Virus record (IMG/VR): IMGVR_UViG_3300036815_000065
Span: 1 to 29,712 of that record
Strand: one strand, 5' to 3'
Length of the DNA: 29,712 bases
DNA from: a virus
Taxonomy: Duplodnaviria > Caudoviricetes
The translations under genes were made by a program, and so were the position numbers. Numbering within the stretch: the stretch's first letter is position 1; every line of letters starts with the position of its first letter. The notes beneath the pieces were generated by a model. It was not told where the DNA came from and did not search any database. It worked only from the letters and a program-made list of their open reading frames with translations. This document shows positions 9,850 to 17,279 of this stretch, piece by piece.

Positions 9850-10077
9850 CTACCGACCTCCGTTGCCCTTGCTGCGGTTCTGGGAGCGCGCCGACTGCTC
9901 GCGGTGCATCATCGAGATGATCGTCAGGTACTCTTCAACCTGCCGGGCCGGGCGGGCAGTGAACTCACTCCACGTCCGCCCCAACTCCTGAAACACGGCC
10001 CTCTCCGTCAGGAACCTCTGATACACCTCCGGCCCCCGACTCCCGTGCCGAATCGCCGCCGCCGTCTGCGTCAAGAA
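9850..10077 (-). CDS. Tail assembly chaperone, frameshifted gpT-like segment
   Basis: Open frame FLTQTAAAIRHG..LGRTWSEFTARPARQVEEYLTII with no convincing own start; overlaps the gpG-like gene and ends flush with the tape measure ATG. Confidence 0.75.
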   Translation of the reverse strand, partial: FLTQTAAAIRHGSRGPEVYQRFLTERAVFQELGRTWSEFTARPARQVEEYLTIISMMHREQSARSQNRSKGNGGR

Positions 10078-10453
10078 ATCGCTTCCGCTCGTCGGCGGTG
10101 CCCTTGGGGTCCAGCTCGTTCTGCACCAACGTCCACAGCTGGTTGCCGACCGAAAGCGGCAGGCGCCGCACCGACTCAACCGAGATGGGCATGACGTCGC
10201 CGTCCGACCCAACCAGGTTCCACTCCTTGATGTGAGCCAGAATCGAGAGCTGCTGGTAACGCGGCAGGTCGCCCCGCACGCTACCCTCACCCTTCGCGCC
10301 CTGGCTCACCTGCGCCAGCGCGCGCACCGCGTCCTCCATCGACTTGTACGAAGCGTGCTCGTACATCTCCACGTAGAACCCGGCCCCGGGACGGCCGACG
10401 TTCACGCGGCGCGTGCCCTCGTAGTAGTCAAAAAAGCTCTCGACCTGGCTCAT
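9965..10453 (-). CDS. Tail assembly chaperone (gpG-like)
   Basis: ATG 10453 with AAGGAG SD, 162 aa. IKEWNLVGSDGDVMPISVESVRRLP motif; located between tail tube and tape measure genes. Confidence 0.85.
   Translation of the reverse strand: MSQVESFFDYYEGTRRVNVGRPGAGFYVEMYEHASYKSMEDAVRALAQVSQGAKGEGSVRGDLPRYQQLSILAHIKEWNLVGSDGDVMPISVESVRRLPLSVGNQLWTLVQNELDPKGTADERKRFLDADGGGDSARESGAGGVSEVPDGEGRVSGVGADVE
10075..10081 (-). other. Candidate programmed frameshift site CGA-TTT-C (+1, or -2)
   Basis: G frame reads AAG CGA TTT CTT and T frame reads GAT TTC TTG. After this point the G frame becomes low-complexity while the T frame is protein-like. Confidence 0.6.
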
Positions 10454-10467
10454 CAGCGACTCCTTGG

Positions 10468-11691
10468 TTAGTAAGCGGTAGGTACCGAGTTGGCGACCGT
10501 CGCGCCGACCGTCCACTGGGACGAACCGGTCAGCGGCCGGGAGGCCTCGAACGTCAGCGACGACATGACGACATCCGTCATCTTCAAGTCGTTCGCGTAC
10601 TTGGACAGCACGACCTGCGGAAGCGAGATCGTGACGGAGCCACCCGTGGCCGGGTGGGCGATAGCGAGCGCGAGCGTGCCCAAGGTGCCGTCCTGCATGG
10701 ACGTGAAGTCACCGTAGGTGGCGTCATTCAGCGAGTCGAACACCAAATCGATCTTGCCGGACACGTGCACCGTGACCGGAGTGATGAACGACGGGCCGTG
10801 CTGACCCGAATACGTCCAGGTCTCCTTGAGCCCGTTGTCGATGTCAATCTCGACGTTGGACACCTCAGCGCGGACGTTCCCGAACAGCGTCAGCGTGCAC
10901 TCGGCGAACACGAACGGGCTTTCGTTGGTGACGTCCACCGCCGTCGGCGAGTTCAGCACCGTGACGGACCGACCCGACAGGTCAGCCGTCATCGTCACCG
11001 GCTCGTTCGACGTCGGCGCCTTCAACGACAGCTTGCCCACGCGGCAGCCAGCGAACTGGAGCGACTGGAAGTCGCCGATGTTCTTCTCCACCGTCAACGA
11101 CGGCAGAGTGTTGGTCTGCAAGAACGTGTGCGTGTACGGAGCGACCACACCGACCGCCGCGACACCCGAAGCATGCGCGTACGCCAGCGGGGTCGTGAAG
11201 CTGACCGTGTCCGACACGATCGTGGTGATGGTGCGGCACTCCGCCGTCGTCGGCGTCGAAACGTTGTTCACGTCCACCTGGAACGTCTGCCCGACAGTGA
11301 AGCCGGACGGAGAGGTGAACGTGAGGCTGGTCGCGCCGACAGTGGAGGCGGCGCTGATCGTCGTCGAACCGGAGCCCGAGGAACCCACAACACCGTAACC
11401 CGGCTGCCCGTCCATGCCGATCGAGGCCGACACCAGCTCCATCGCATTCGACGGGAACAGCGGCCCGTCCAGCGCGCCTTCGAGCTTCGCCTGACCGTAC
11501 AGGTTGAACACGTGCAGGTCGCGCGCGTCCATCATCAGCTCAGGAGAGAACCAACCCGGGTCCAGCTCCATCGTGTTGCCCGTCATGGGCAGGAAGGTCG
11601 TAGCCGCTACCGGGGTGCCAAAGGTGACTTCCTTGGCGAGGCCGGTGGCGCTGAGCGACCCATACTTTTCAGTGATTGTGGGGAAGCTTAT
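10468..11691 (-). CDS. Major tail (tube) protein with inserted beta domain; apparent ATA start
   Basis: The track ORF (start 11586) extends 35 codons in frame to ATA at 11691, behind GAGGAGG. The extension contains the tail-tube-like motif GLAKEVTFGTPVAATTFLP. The body has YTHTF..LPSLTVEK..FAGCRVGKLSL and IDIDNGL. 407 aa. Confidence 0.85.
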   Translation of the reverse strand: MSFPTITEKYGSLSATGLAKEVTFGTPVAATTFLPMTGNTMELDPGWFSPELMMDARDLHVFNLYGQAKLEGALDGPLFPSNAMELVSASIGMDGQPGYGVVGSSGSGSTTISAASTVGATSLTFTSPSGFTVGQTFQVDVNNVSTPTTAECRTITTIVSDTVSFTTPLAYAHASGVAAVGVVAPYTHTFLQTNTLPSLTVEKNIGDFQSLQFAGCRVGKLSLKAPTSNEPVTMTADLSGRSVTVLNSPTAVDVTNESPFVFAECTLTLFGNVRAEVSNVEIDIDNGLKETWTYSGQHGPSFITPVTVHVSGKIDLVFDSLNDATYGDFTSMQDGTLGTLALAIAHPATGGSVTISLPQVVLSKYANDLKMTDVVMSSLTFEASRPLTGSSQWTVGATVANSVPTAY

Positions 11692-11723
11692 AAATCCTCC
11701 TCGTTAAAGGCGGGCGGGATGGG

Positions 11724-12026
11724 TCACTCTGCGGCCGGAGACTGGGTCTCTGCGGCCTCGGAGGGCTTGGATGGGGCGTCGGCCACGGGCGCTTCTGCGG
11801 GCGCCTTAGCGCGGCCCTTGCCAGGCTTGGCGTCGTCCGTCGGCGACGCGTCCTGCGGACCGGTCACCTCCACGATGTCCGCCCGGCGCGTAAACCGCTC
11901 AGCGACCTCATCCGGCACGCCGAACTCCTGACCCGGCTGGAGATACCCCACCCGCGCCATCGCGCCGTTCGGCAGCATCGCGTCCCGGAACGTCGTCGGC
12001 TTGACGCCGATGTACTTCAGGCGCAT
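11724..12026 (-). CDS. Hypothetical protein (small N-terminal domain plus Pro/Ala-rich tail)
   Basis: ATG 12026 with GGAG SD, 100 aa, MRLKYIG..LQPGQEFGVPDEVAERF; typical small gene before a tail tube gene. Confidence 0.75.
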   Translation of the reverse strand: MRLKYIGVKPTTFRDAMLPNGAMARVGYLQPGQEFGVPDEVAERFTRRADIVEVTGPQDASPTDDAKPGKGRAKAPAEAPVADAPSKPSEAAETQSPAAE

Positions 12027-12027
12027 C

Positions 12028-12495
12028 TCACTCTCCACTCGCTGCGGCCATAGCATCACGCAAGGCCTGCTGGATCTCCGGCATCATCTCCGTCAGCACC
12101 TCCTGCGGGAACGGGTTCGGCTTGGTACCCGGGTGGTTCACCCGCATAGCGAACTGGTACGCGCCCGGCGCGTGCCCGTAGTTCAACCAAGCCAGCGCCC
12201 GCGCCGACCGAGGCTCGATCACGTGGCGCTTGGTCCCGTCGATCACATACCCGGCGTACGGCACATTGGAGATGAACTGCACCGCCACCGAATCCTCAGT
12301 CACCTTCCGCTCGTAGCGGATGGACTGAGCAAGCTTGCCGCTGCCCGGACCCGGCGCACGCGGAGCCTTCTTAGCCAACGCCGCGTTCACCGTCGGCCCG
12401 ATCGCATCCGCCCAGATCTTCGCCGCGTTCAGGAAGTTGAAGTGAGCCAGCGGGGTTGTCTCCGCCGTCGCGCCCGAAACCTGCATGCTGATCAT
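12028..12495 (-). CDS. HK97 gp10-like neck/tail completion protein
   Basis: ATG 12495 (ATGA overlap, GGAGGAGG SD), 155 aa. Motifs AP..SGKLAQSI, NVPYAGYVIDGTKRHVIEP, VNHPGTKPNPF. Confidence 0.85.
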   Translation of the reverse strand: MISMQVSGATAETTPLAHFNFLNAAKIWADAIGPTVNAALAKKAPRAPGPGSGKLAQSIRYERKVTEDSVAVQFISNVPYAGYVIDGTKRHVIEPRSARALAWLNYGHAPGAYQFAMRVNHPGTKPNPFPQEVLTEMMPEIQQALRDAMAAASGE

Positions 12496-13022
12496 GCCTG
12501 GACGTCCTCCTCCACCCGACACCGCAACAGCATCGAATACCACAGCATCCGCAACGTCGACGGCGAACGCTCCGGCGGATAGTCAATCGACATGACCTCG
12601 CCGATCGAAGGCACCTGGGAAGTGCCCACGGGGCGAGCCGCCGCATCCTCCGAGGAGATCACGTTGCCCTGCGCATCAATGTGCACGTTCATCGGCGTCG
12701 CCCACAACGCCGCCATCACCGCGTCCACGATCAACGGGAACTGCTCATCCAACGACACCTGCCCCACCACAGGCCGGTTCGGGTTCGTCTCGTAATTCAG
12801 GTAGATGTCAATCAGCCAGTCCAACTTCTTGAAGCCAGCCCCGCGCGGCATCGTCCGACGCCCAATCGAACACTGCCCACCCCACACGTACGCCTTAGGC
12901 GGACCCCCGACCTTGTCCATCACCGGCGGAGTGATGTACGCGATCAACGGCTGCGTCTGCCCGGGAATCGTGAGGCCGTTGATGGTCTTCTGCACATACT
13001 GCTGGATCGAGGACAACGGCAC
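12492..13022 (-). CDS. Putative tail terminator / head-tail joining protein
   Basis: 176 aa with size and position typical of the neck module; function inferred from synteny only. Confidence 0.6.
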   Translation of the reverse strand: MPLSSIQQYVQKTINGLTIPGQTQPLIAYITPPVMDKVGGPPKAYVWGGQCSIGRRTMPRGAGFKKLDWLIDIYLNYETNPNRPVVGQVSLDEQFPLIVDAVMAALWATPMNVHIDAQGNVISSEDAAARPVGTSQVPSIGEVMSIDYPPERSPSTLRMLWYSMLLRCRVEEDVQA

Positions 13023-13970
13023 TCAGATCACCCGCTTGTACGGGTTCAACAGGGACTTCCACTCCACGTCCAGCTGCTCCACGCCGTGCCCGCCGACCGT
13101 CTGCGAACCCGACACGTTCTGAATCGTGATGGCGTTGATACCCGACTCCAGGGCCTGCGTCGTCGCCGCCAGCATCGTCGCCCACAGCACATCAGCCGGA
13201 ATCGAGGAGATCACCACACCCGGAGGCGCACCCCCGGTGTGAGCGAACGCCAACGGCGACGCGAGCGTCACCGTACCCGGACCGCCCGGCGCCGTACCGC
13301 CGCTGTTCGGCAGCACCACGTTGCTCGTCGCCGTCACCGAACTGACCGACACCTCCTCCGAGGACGCGCCGTCGTAGATGTACGCGGTGGCCCCGGCGAA
13401 CCCGGTCACGTTGTCCACCATGATCGTCTCAGCCCCGGCGTCCACCGACTCCACAATCCCCGCATGCGGCCACCCGTTCATGTACGAACAAGCCGCCAGA
13501 TAGCCGTTACGCCCGTTCGCCCAACCCCCGTACCCCGCAGCCAGGTAAATCGTCTGACCACCCGACCCACCCGAACCGCCCGACAGGTACGAGCCGTACG
13601 TGCCGAGCATCGGCGTCGCAATCCGCCACGACCCCGCCATCACCGGCTGCCACTGAGGCGGCAACACATTCGACGCCACCTGCGCCGCCAAGATCTCCGT
13701 CACCGGCCACCGCGTGAGAATCCACCGCAACTGACCCGTGTTGTTGTCGATCGTGATCCAGTAGTTCGGGCCCTGCTGCTCCTCCGAGTCAATCGTGGAA
13801 CGGAACACCTGATTCGTGTACCCGTCCACCATCTTCGTGGCCCGAACACAGATGTTGTACTGTTCCTCGTACTGCTCCTGAGTCGTCGCCTGCGGCCACG
13901 GCAGAATCTCCCAGCTCACACCGGTCGGCGCCGAGTTCAGCATGAGCGGAGTGATGTACGGCGTGCTCAT
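13023..13970 (-). CDS. Head-to-tail adaptor/connector, enlarged by an inserted beta domain
   Basis: 315 aa; N-terminal PYIT, RATKMVDGYTNQVF, IPADVLWATM and C-terminal LLNPYKRV are adaptor-like; AGGAGG SD. Confidence 0.75.
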   Translation of the reverse strand: MSTPYITPLMLNSAPTGVSWEILPWPQATTQEQYEEQYNICVRATKMVDGYTNQVFRSTIDSEEQQGPNYWITIDNNTGQLRWILTRWPVTEILAAQVASNVLPPQWQPVMAGSWRIATPMLGTYGSYLSGGSGGSGGQTIYLAAGYGGWANGRNGYLAACSYMNGWPHAGIVESVDAGAETIMVDNVTGFAGATAYIYDGASSEEVSVSSVTATSNVVLPNSGGTAPGGPGTVTLASPLAFAHTGGAPPGVVISSIPADVLWATMLAATTQALESGINAITIQNVSGSQTVGGHGVEQLDVEWKSLLNPYKRVI

Positions 13971-13979
13971 TAACCCTCC

Positions 13980-14141
13980 TCATGCCTCTCGGCGGGCGCA
14001 CCTCGCGCACCACCACTCGTTGCCGGTCCACACGCCGTGCTTCTGGCAAAAAGGACGGCGGCACAGTTCGCAGTACCCGACCGGAACCGTGCCGCCGCGA
14101 GGGCACACCGCGCACGCCAACCGGCGTCCCGTGCGCCCCAC
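13980..14141 (-). CDS. 53-aa Cys/His-rich double zinc-finger microprotein (not in ORF track)
   Basis: GTG 14141 to TGA 13980: MGRTGRRLACAVCPRGGTVPVGYCELCRRPFCQKHGVWTGNEWWCARCARREA. It fills the gap between neighbours almost exactly and has eight regularly spaced metal ligands. Confidence 0.8.
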   Translation of the reverse strand: MGRTGRRLACAVCPRGGTVPVGYCELCRRPFCQKHGVWTGNEWWCARCARREA

Positions 14142-14143
14142 CC

Positions 14144-14818
14144 CTACCCCTTAGTAACCAGCATGACTGCGCGGATCTCCGCCACCTGCTCATCCCGTGA
14201 CCGGCGGATCTTCGCGCCGACCTCGTGAGCGATCTCCCGCAGCTGCGGCATCGACTTGTTCTCCAGCTCCACCAGATCCCACTGACGCCCGTTGTGCACA
14301 GGAATCGTGTCGCGCGGATCTTCCGGCTTGACCACCTGCGACTCGACCACCTTCGTCGGCGCCTTCCACGACCGCGCTCCGCACTCCGGGCAGAACTTGG
14401 CGTTACGCGGCACCGGGTGGTCGTTCGGGCAGCGCTTATCCGCCTCAGCGATCTCCGGCACCCCGTTCATGCCCTTCAACGCCGACGCGAACGCCGACGC
14501 GAACGCCGTAGCCATACCCGTCGGCAGATCAGCGATCTGCACCAGCGCGTGGCTCGTAGCGGCAGCCGTCTCCCGCTGCCCCCTCTTCTCCTCGTCCTCC
14601 CGAATCCGGACCTCATCCGGCGTCTCCGGGATCTCCGAGATCATCCCGGCCCAGTGCGGGTCGTGCCGCAGGTAGTTACCGCACTGCGGGCAGTCCAACT
14701 GCCACACCTTGACCAGGGCGCCTGCCTCGTCAACCGGTCGGCGGTGGGAACCCCCACAACCTCCGGACGTGGCAGGCACAGCGACATAACCCACGTCGCT
14801 GCGCGCGTAAACGCTCAT
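14144..14818 (-). CDS. Zinc-ribbon protein with C-terminal Rho-N/HeH-like domain
   Basis: 224 aa. C-x3-H and CPQC in the N-terminus, CPNDH..AKFCPECG zinc ribbon, C-terminal ELENKSMPQLREIAHEVG..SRDEQVAEI. Confidence 0.75.
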   Translation of the reverse strand: MSVYARSDVGYVAVPATSGGCGGSHRRPVDEAGALVKVWQLDCPQCGNYLRHDPHWAGMISEIPETPDEVRIREDEEKRGQRETAAATSHALVQIADLPTGMATAFASAFASALKGMNGVPEIAEADKRCPNDHPVPRNAKFCPECGARSWKAPTKVVESQVVKPEDPRDTIPVHNGRQWDLVELENKSMPQLREIAHEVGAKIRRSRDEQVAEIRAVMLVTKG

Positions 14819-15156
14819 GCTTCCTCATCTCCATTCTCGTGAATGTTGTGACGGGCGCGCTGTTGCAGACGGTAGATCGTCAACAGCCGCCATAGAGTGA
14901 TCCCTGCTACGAGCAGCAGGGACAAGTCCTCGTACCAGGAGAAAAACGCGTCATTGACAGCAAGCCCGAACCAGTAGTGCAGAACCGCCGGGAGCAGCGT
15001 CAACGCGATCCCCACATCCAGCGACACCATCGTGCGGCCCACCGCGTACCGCCACCACGGGGCGATCACGGAATACCCCATGACGAACACCACCGACGCA
15101 CAGAACGCGATCAGGCTGTCGATATGACCCATGTCAACCGGAGGCATGGTCCTCAC
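14815..15156 (-). CDS. Putative holin (three hydrophobic segments)
   Basis: PWWRYAVGRTM motif and three likely TM helices, as in actinophage lysis-cassette membrane proteins. Alternative ATG at 15147. Confidence 0.7.
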   Translation of the reverse strand: MRTMPPVDMGHIDSLIAFCASVVFVMGYSVIAPWWRYAVGRTMVSLDVGIALTLLPAVLHYWFGLAVNDAFFSWYEDLSLLLVAGITLWRLLTIYRLQQRARHNIHENGDEEA

Positions 15157-15413
15157 CTCCTCGGCGTCGCGGACGACGCCCGTTGCAGCATCACCTTCAC
15201 CTGCTCGGAGAAGTGGTTACGAGACCGCAGCTCGCGCAGAACCTGCGCCAGATCCGAAACCTCACCCCACTGGGCATAGGCGCGCTCCAACGCCTCCTTG
15301 CCCTCCTGCTGAGCCGACCGCGCCTCACTCATCCGCTGAGCCGCATCCCGCTCGTCCGCCTCACGCTCCGCATCATCCGGAGCCGACGTCTTGCGCCACC
15401 AGAACCTAGTCAT
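15153..15413 (-). CDS. Small helical protein of the actinophage holin cassette
   Basis: 86 aa with LRELRSRNHFSE motif; sits between two membrane-protein genes with 4-nt overlaps. Confidence 0.7.
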   Translation of the reverse strand: MTRFWWRKTSAPDDAEREADERDAAQRMSEARSAQQEGKEALERAYAQWGEVSDLAQVLRELRSRNHFSEQVKVMLQRASSATPRR

Positions 15414-15733
15414 GGCTTGTGCACCTCGGTCGGATCAGCTGGCTTCGGCGGCGAAGGCAGCGACCGGAGCACACTGGAAGTCGTGTGCCCCACTTCAAGC
15501 ATCTGATGCAGCTGGACCGCGAGCGCTTCGTTGGCGCGCTTCGCCGACTCGTACGCCTCCCGCCAGACTTGCGCCTCGGAGCGAGCCTCCGCCACCCGGT
15601 CATCCCGGTCCTTACGCAAGTCCTTCAGAGTGGAGCGGGGAACGAGCCGCCCCGTCAGTACCAAGCCGATACCGAACGCCACAATGGCGCCGAACCCGCC
15701 TTGAACCCACAGCCAGCTGCTTTCGCTCAGCAT
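15410..15733 (-). CDS. Single-TM coiled-coil membrane protein (holin-like)
   Basis: Start moved to ATG 15733 (TGATG overlap), 107 aa. TM segment followed by LTGRLVPRST..WREAY motif. Confidence 0.75.
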   Translation of the reverse strand: MLSESSWLWVQGGFGAIVAFGIGLVLTGRLVPRSTLKDLRKDRDDRVAEARSEAQVWREAYESAKRANEALAVQLHQMLEVGHTTSSVLRSLPSPPKPADPTEVHKP

Positions 15734-16017
15734 CAGCTCGCTTCGCCGGTCGTCGGCTCGCCGCACCTCGGGCACGTGTCGTTCCACACGTTCCACACAC
15801 GCCGACAGGCGTGGCAGTGCTTCGAACCCTGAGTGCCGAACGACAGTCCGCCCTTAGCGGAGATGAAGTCCTGCTGACCGTACTGCCCCTTGTTGATCGC
15901 CGTGGCGTGCCGGTCGTCCACCGTGACGGTGCCGCCCGGCTTGGCGGCGGTGTACTTGGTGCCGTCCTTCGCGTCGAACCCGACGCATCCCGGCGGCAGA
16001 TTGACCTTCACGCTCAT
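15733..16017 (-). CDS. Hypothetical protein with C-terminal zinc ribbon
   Basis: 94 aa, CHAC-x10-CPRCG; AGGAG SD. Confidence 0.8.
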   Translation of the reverse strand: MSVKVNLPPGCVGFDAKDGTKYTAAKPGGTVTVDDRHATAINKGQYGQQDFISAKGGLSFGTQGSKHCHACRRVWNVWNDTCPRCGEPTTGEAS

Positions 16018-16033
16018 GGGCGTCTCCTGTCTC

Positions 16034-16306
16034 CTAGGCTGGGGTCGAGATGATCACGCCTACCGTCGCCGACGTCGCGATGGCATACAGCTGCGTACCG
16101 GACGACGACGGATGCCCCGGCAGCGTGATCGTCTCACCGGTCGGCAACGGGAAACCGTCGCTGGCCGTCACCGAGGACTTCGTGCCGATGTACGCCGGTC
16201 CGGTACCGGTACACGAGATCGCCACCGTACACGCCCCCGGAGGCACGAACCCGATGGGCTCAGCAGTCCCGGACAGCGTGACCGGCGCGGGGATGTCGAT
16301 GGCCAC
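16034..16306 (-). CDS. Putative capsid decoration protein, paralog 3
   Basis: 90 aa with TGTGPAYIGTKSSVTASDGFPLPTGETI..LYAI motif. Confidence 0.7.
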   Translation of the reverse strand: MAIDIPAPVTLSGTAEPIGFVPPGACTVAISCTGTGPAYIGTKSSVTASDGFPLPTGETITLPGHPSSSGTQLYAIATSATVGVIISTPA

Positions 16307-16308
16307 GG

Positions 16309-16788
16309 CTACACCGTCCCGTTGACCGTGCCGACGCTCGTGAGGGTCGGGGTCACTAGGGTGACGGCGACGCCCGAGGCGTGGTCGTAGGACAGGGCCG
16401 AGGTCGTCAGCGTGGCGGTACCGCCACCAGAGATGATCTTGACTACCTCGGCGGTAGTCGTGCCGCCAACCTCAATGTACGAGCCGTTCGTCAGCCCCGT
16501 ACCCGAAGTCACCGGAACCGACGTCGCGCCACCAGCAATAGCAGCCGTGGTCGTGGTTGCCGTCGCCGTCGCGGCGAACCCGGCGACCGCATACACCGCC
16601 AGCATCGCCCGCGACACATCCAGCGACTGACCCGGCGGCAACGGGAACCCGCTACCGGCGGTCACGTTCGACCCGCCCAGGAACACGTTCGCCGGTCCGT
16701 TGTTCGTCAGGAACATCGTCGGCACCCCGGCCGGAGCAGGATTGTAGACCTGCACCGGGGTACCGGAAACAGCAGTGGTGAGAGTCAT
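16309..16788 (-). CDS. Putative capsid decoration protein, paralog 2, with extra C-terminal beta domain
   Basis: Start moved to ATG 16788 (AGGAGG SD), 159 aa; TNNGPANVFLGGSNVTAGSGFPLPPGQSL..VYAV motif. Confidence 0.75.
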   Translation of the reverse strand: MTLTTAVSGTPVQVYNPAPAGVPTMFLTNNGPANVFLGGSNVTAGSGFPLPPGQSLDVSRAMLAVYAVAGFAATATATTTTAAIAGGATSVPVTSGTGLTNGSYIEVGGTTTAEVVKIISGGGTATLTTSALSYDHASGVAVTLVTPTLTSVGTVNGTV

Positions 16789-16810
16789 GCAGAGCCTCCT
16801 GGACATGGAA

Positions 16811-16844
16811 CCGGGCGCGCTTCCGACAGCGGTAGCGCGCCCGG
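16811..16844 (-). terminator. Intergenic hairpin (terminator-like or RNA-stabilising)
   Basis: ccgggcgcgct / agcgcgcccgg 11-bp perfect stem; only a weak U-tract follows. Confidence 0.55.
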
Positions 16845-16855
16845 CGACTATGGGG

Positions 16856-17224
16856 TTAGACCACGGACGGGAACGTGGCCAGAGCCGCCTCCACAGTCGT
16901 GGTGCCCGACGCCGTGATGGCGTACAGGTTCCACGACTTGGTGCCGGACTCCGCCGCGAGGTGCTTGCCGTTCTCAATCGTGAACGACTCGCCCGCCTGA
17001 AGCGGAACGCCGGTCGCGTCCGTAACCGAGGACGCGCCAACCCAGCACGCGACGGTGCCGGTGTTGGTGACCGTCAGGGCGCCCAGGTTGACTCCGGCGG
17101 TGAACTCCGTCGGCGACGCGGGCGAACCGATCGGGGTGCCGGTGGTGTTGAAGATCTGCGTGGCGGACGAGGTGACCGTGGTCGGCCCCTGGAGCGCGGG
17201 CGCAGACGTGACGAAGATAGCCAT
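16856..17224 (-). CDS. Putative capsid decoration protein, paralog 1
   Basis: Start moved to ATG 17224 (GAAAGG SD), 122 aa; TNTGTVACWVGASSVTDATGVPLQAGESF..LYAI motif; directly follows the capsid gene. Confidence 0.75.
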   Translation of the reverse strand: MAIFVTSAPALQGPTTVTSSATQIFNTTGTPIGSPASPTEFTAGVNLGALTVTNTGTVACWVGASSVTDATGVPLQAGESFTIENGKHLAAESGTKSWNLYAITASGTTTVEAALATFPSVV

Positions 17225-17246
17225 GAGCCTGCCTTTCCAAAGTAGG

Positions 17247-17272
17247 GCCCCGCCCGGAGTGCCGGGCGGGGC
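17247..17272 (-). terminator. Hairpin immediately downstream of the major capsid gene
   Basis: gccccgcccgg-cact-ccgggcggggc, 11-bp all-GC stem followed by cctacttt on the minus strand. Confidence 0.65.
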
Positions 17273-17279
17273 GAGCCGA

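Noticed and set aside
6307-10194. 1295-aa plus-strand ORF and other long plus-strand ORFs (190-1104, 1249-3492, 17055-19187, 19215-22232, 22428-24857, 25713-26996)
   Set aside because: Arg/His/Val-rich antisense shadows of high-GC minus-strand genes, with no recognisable motifs.
13789-14193. 134-aa minus-strand ORF spanning the 14 kb gap
   Set aside because: Overlaps both neighbours; the 53-aa Cys-rich frame fits the gap and has a coherent motif.
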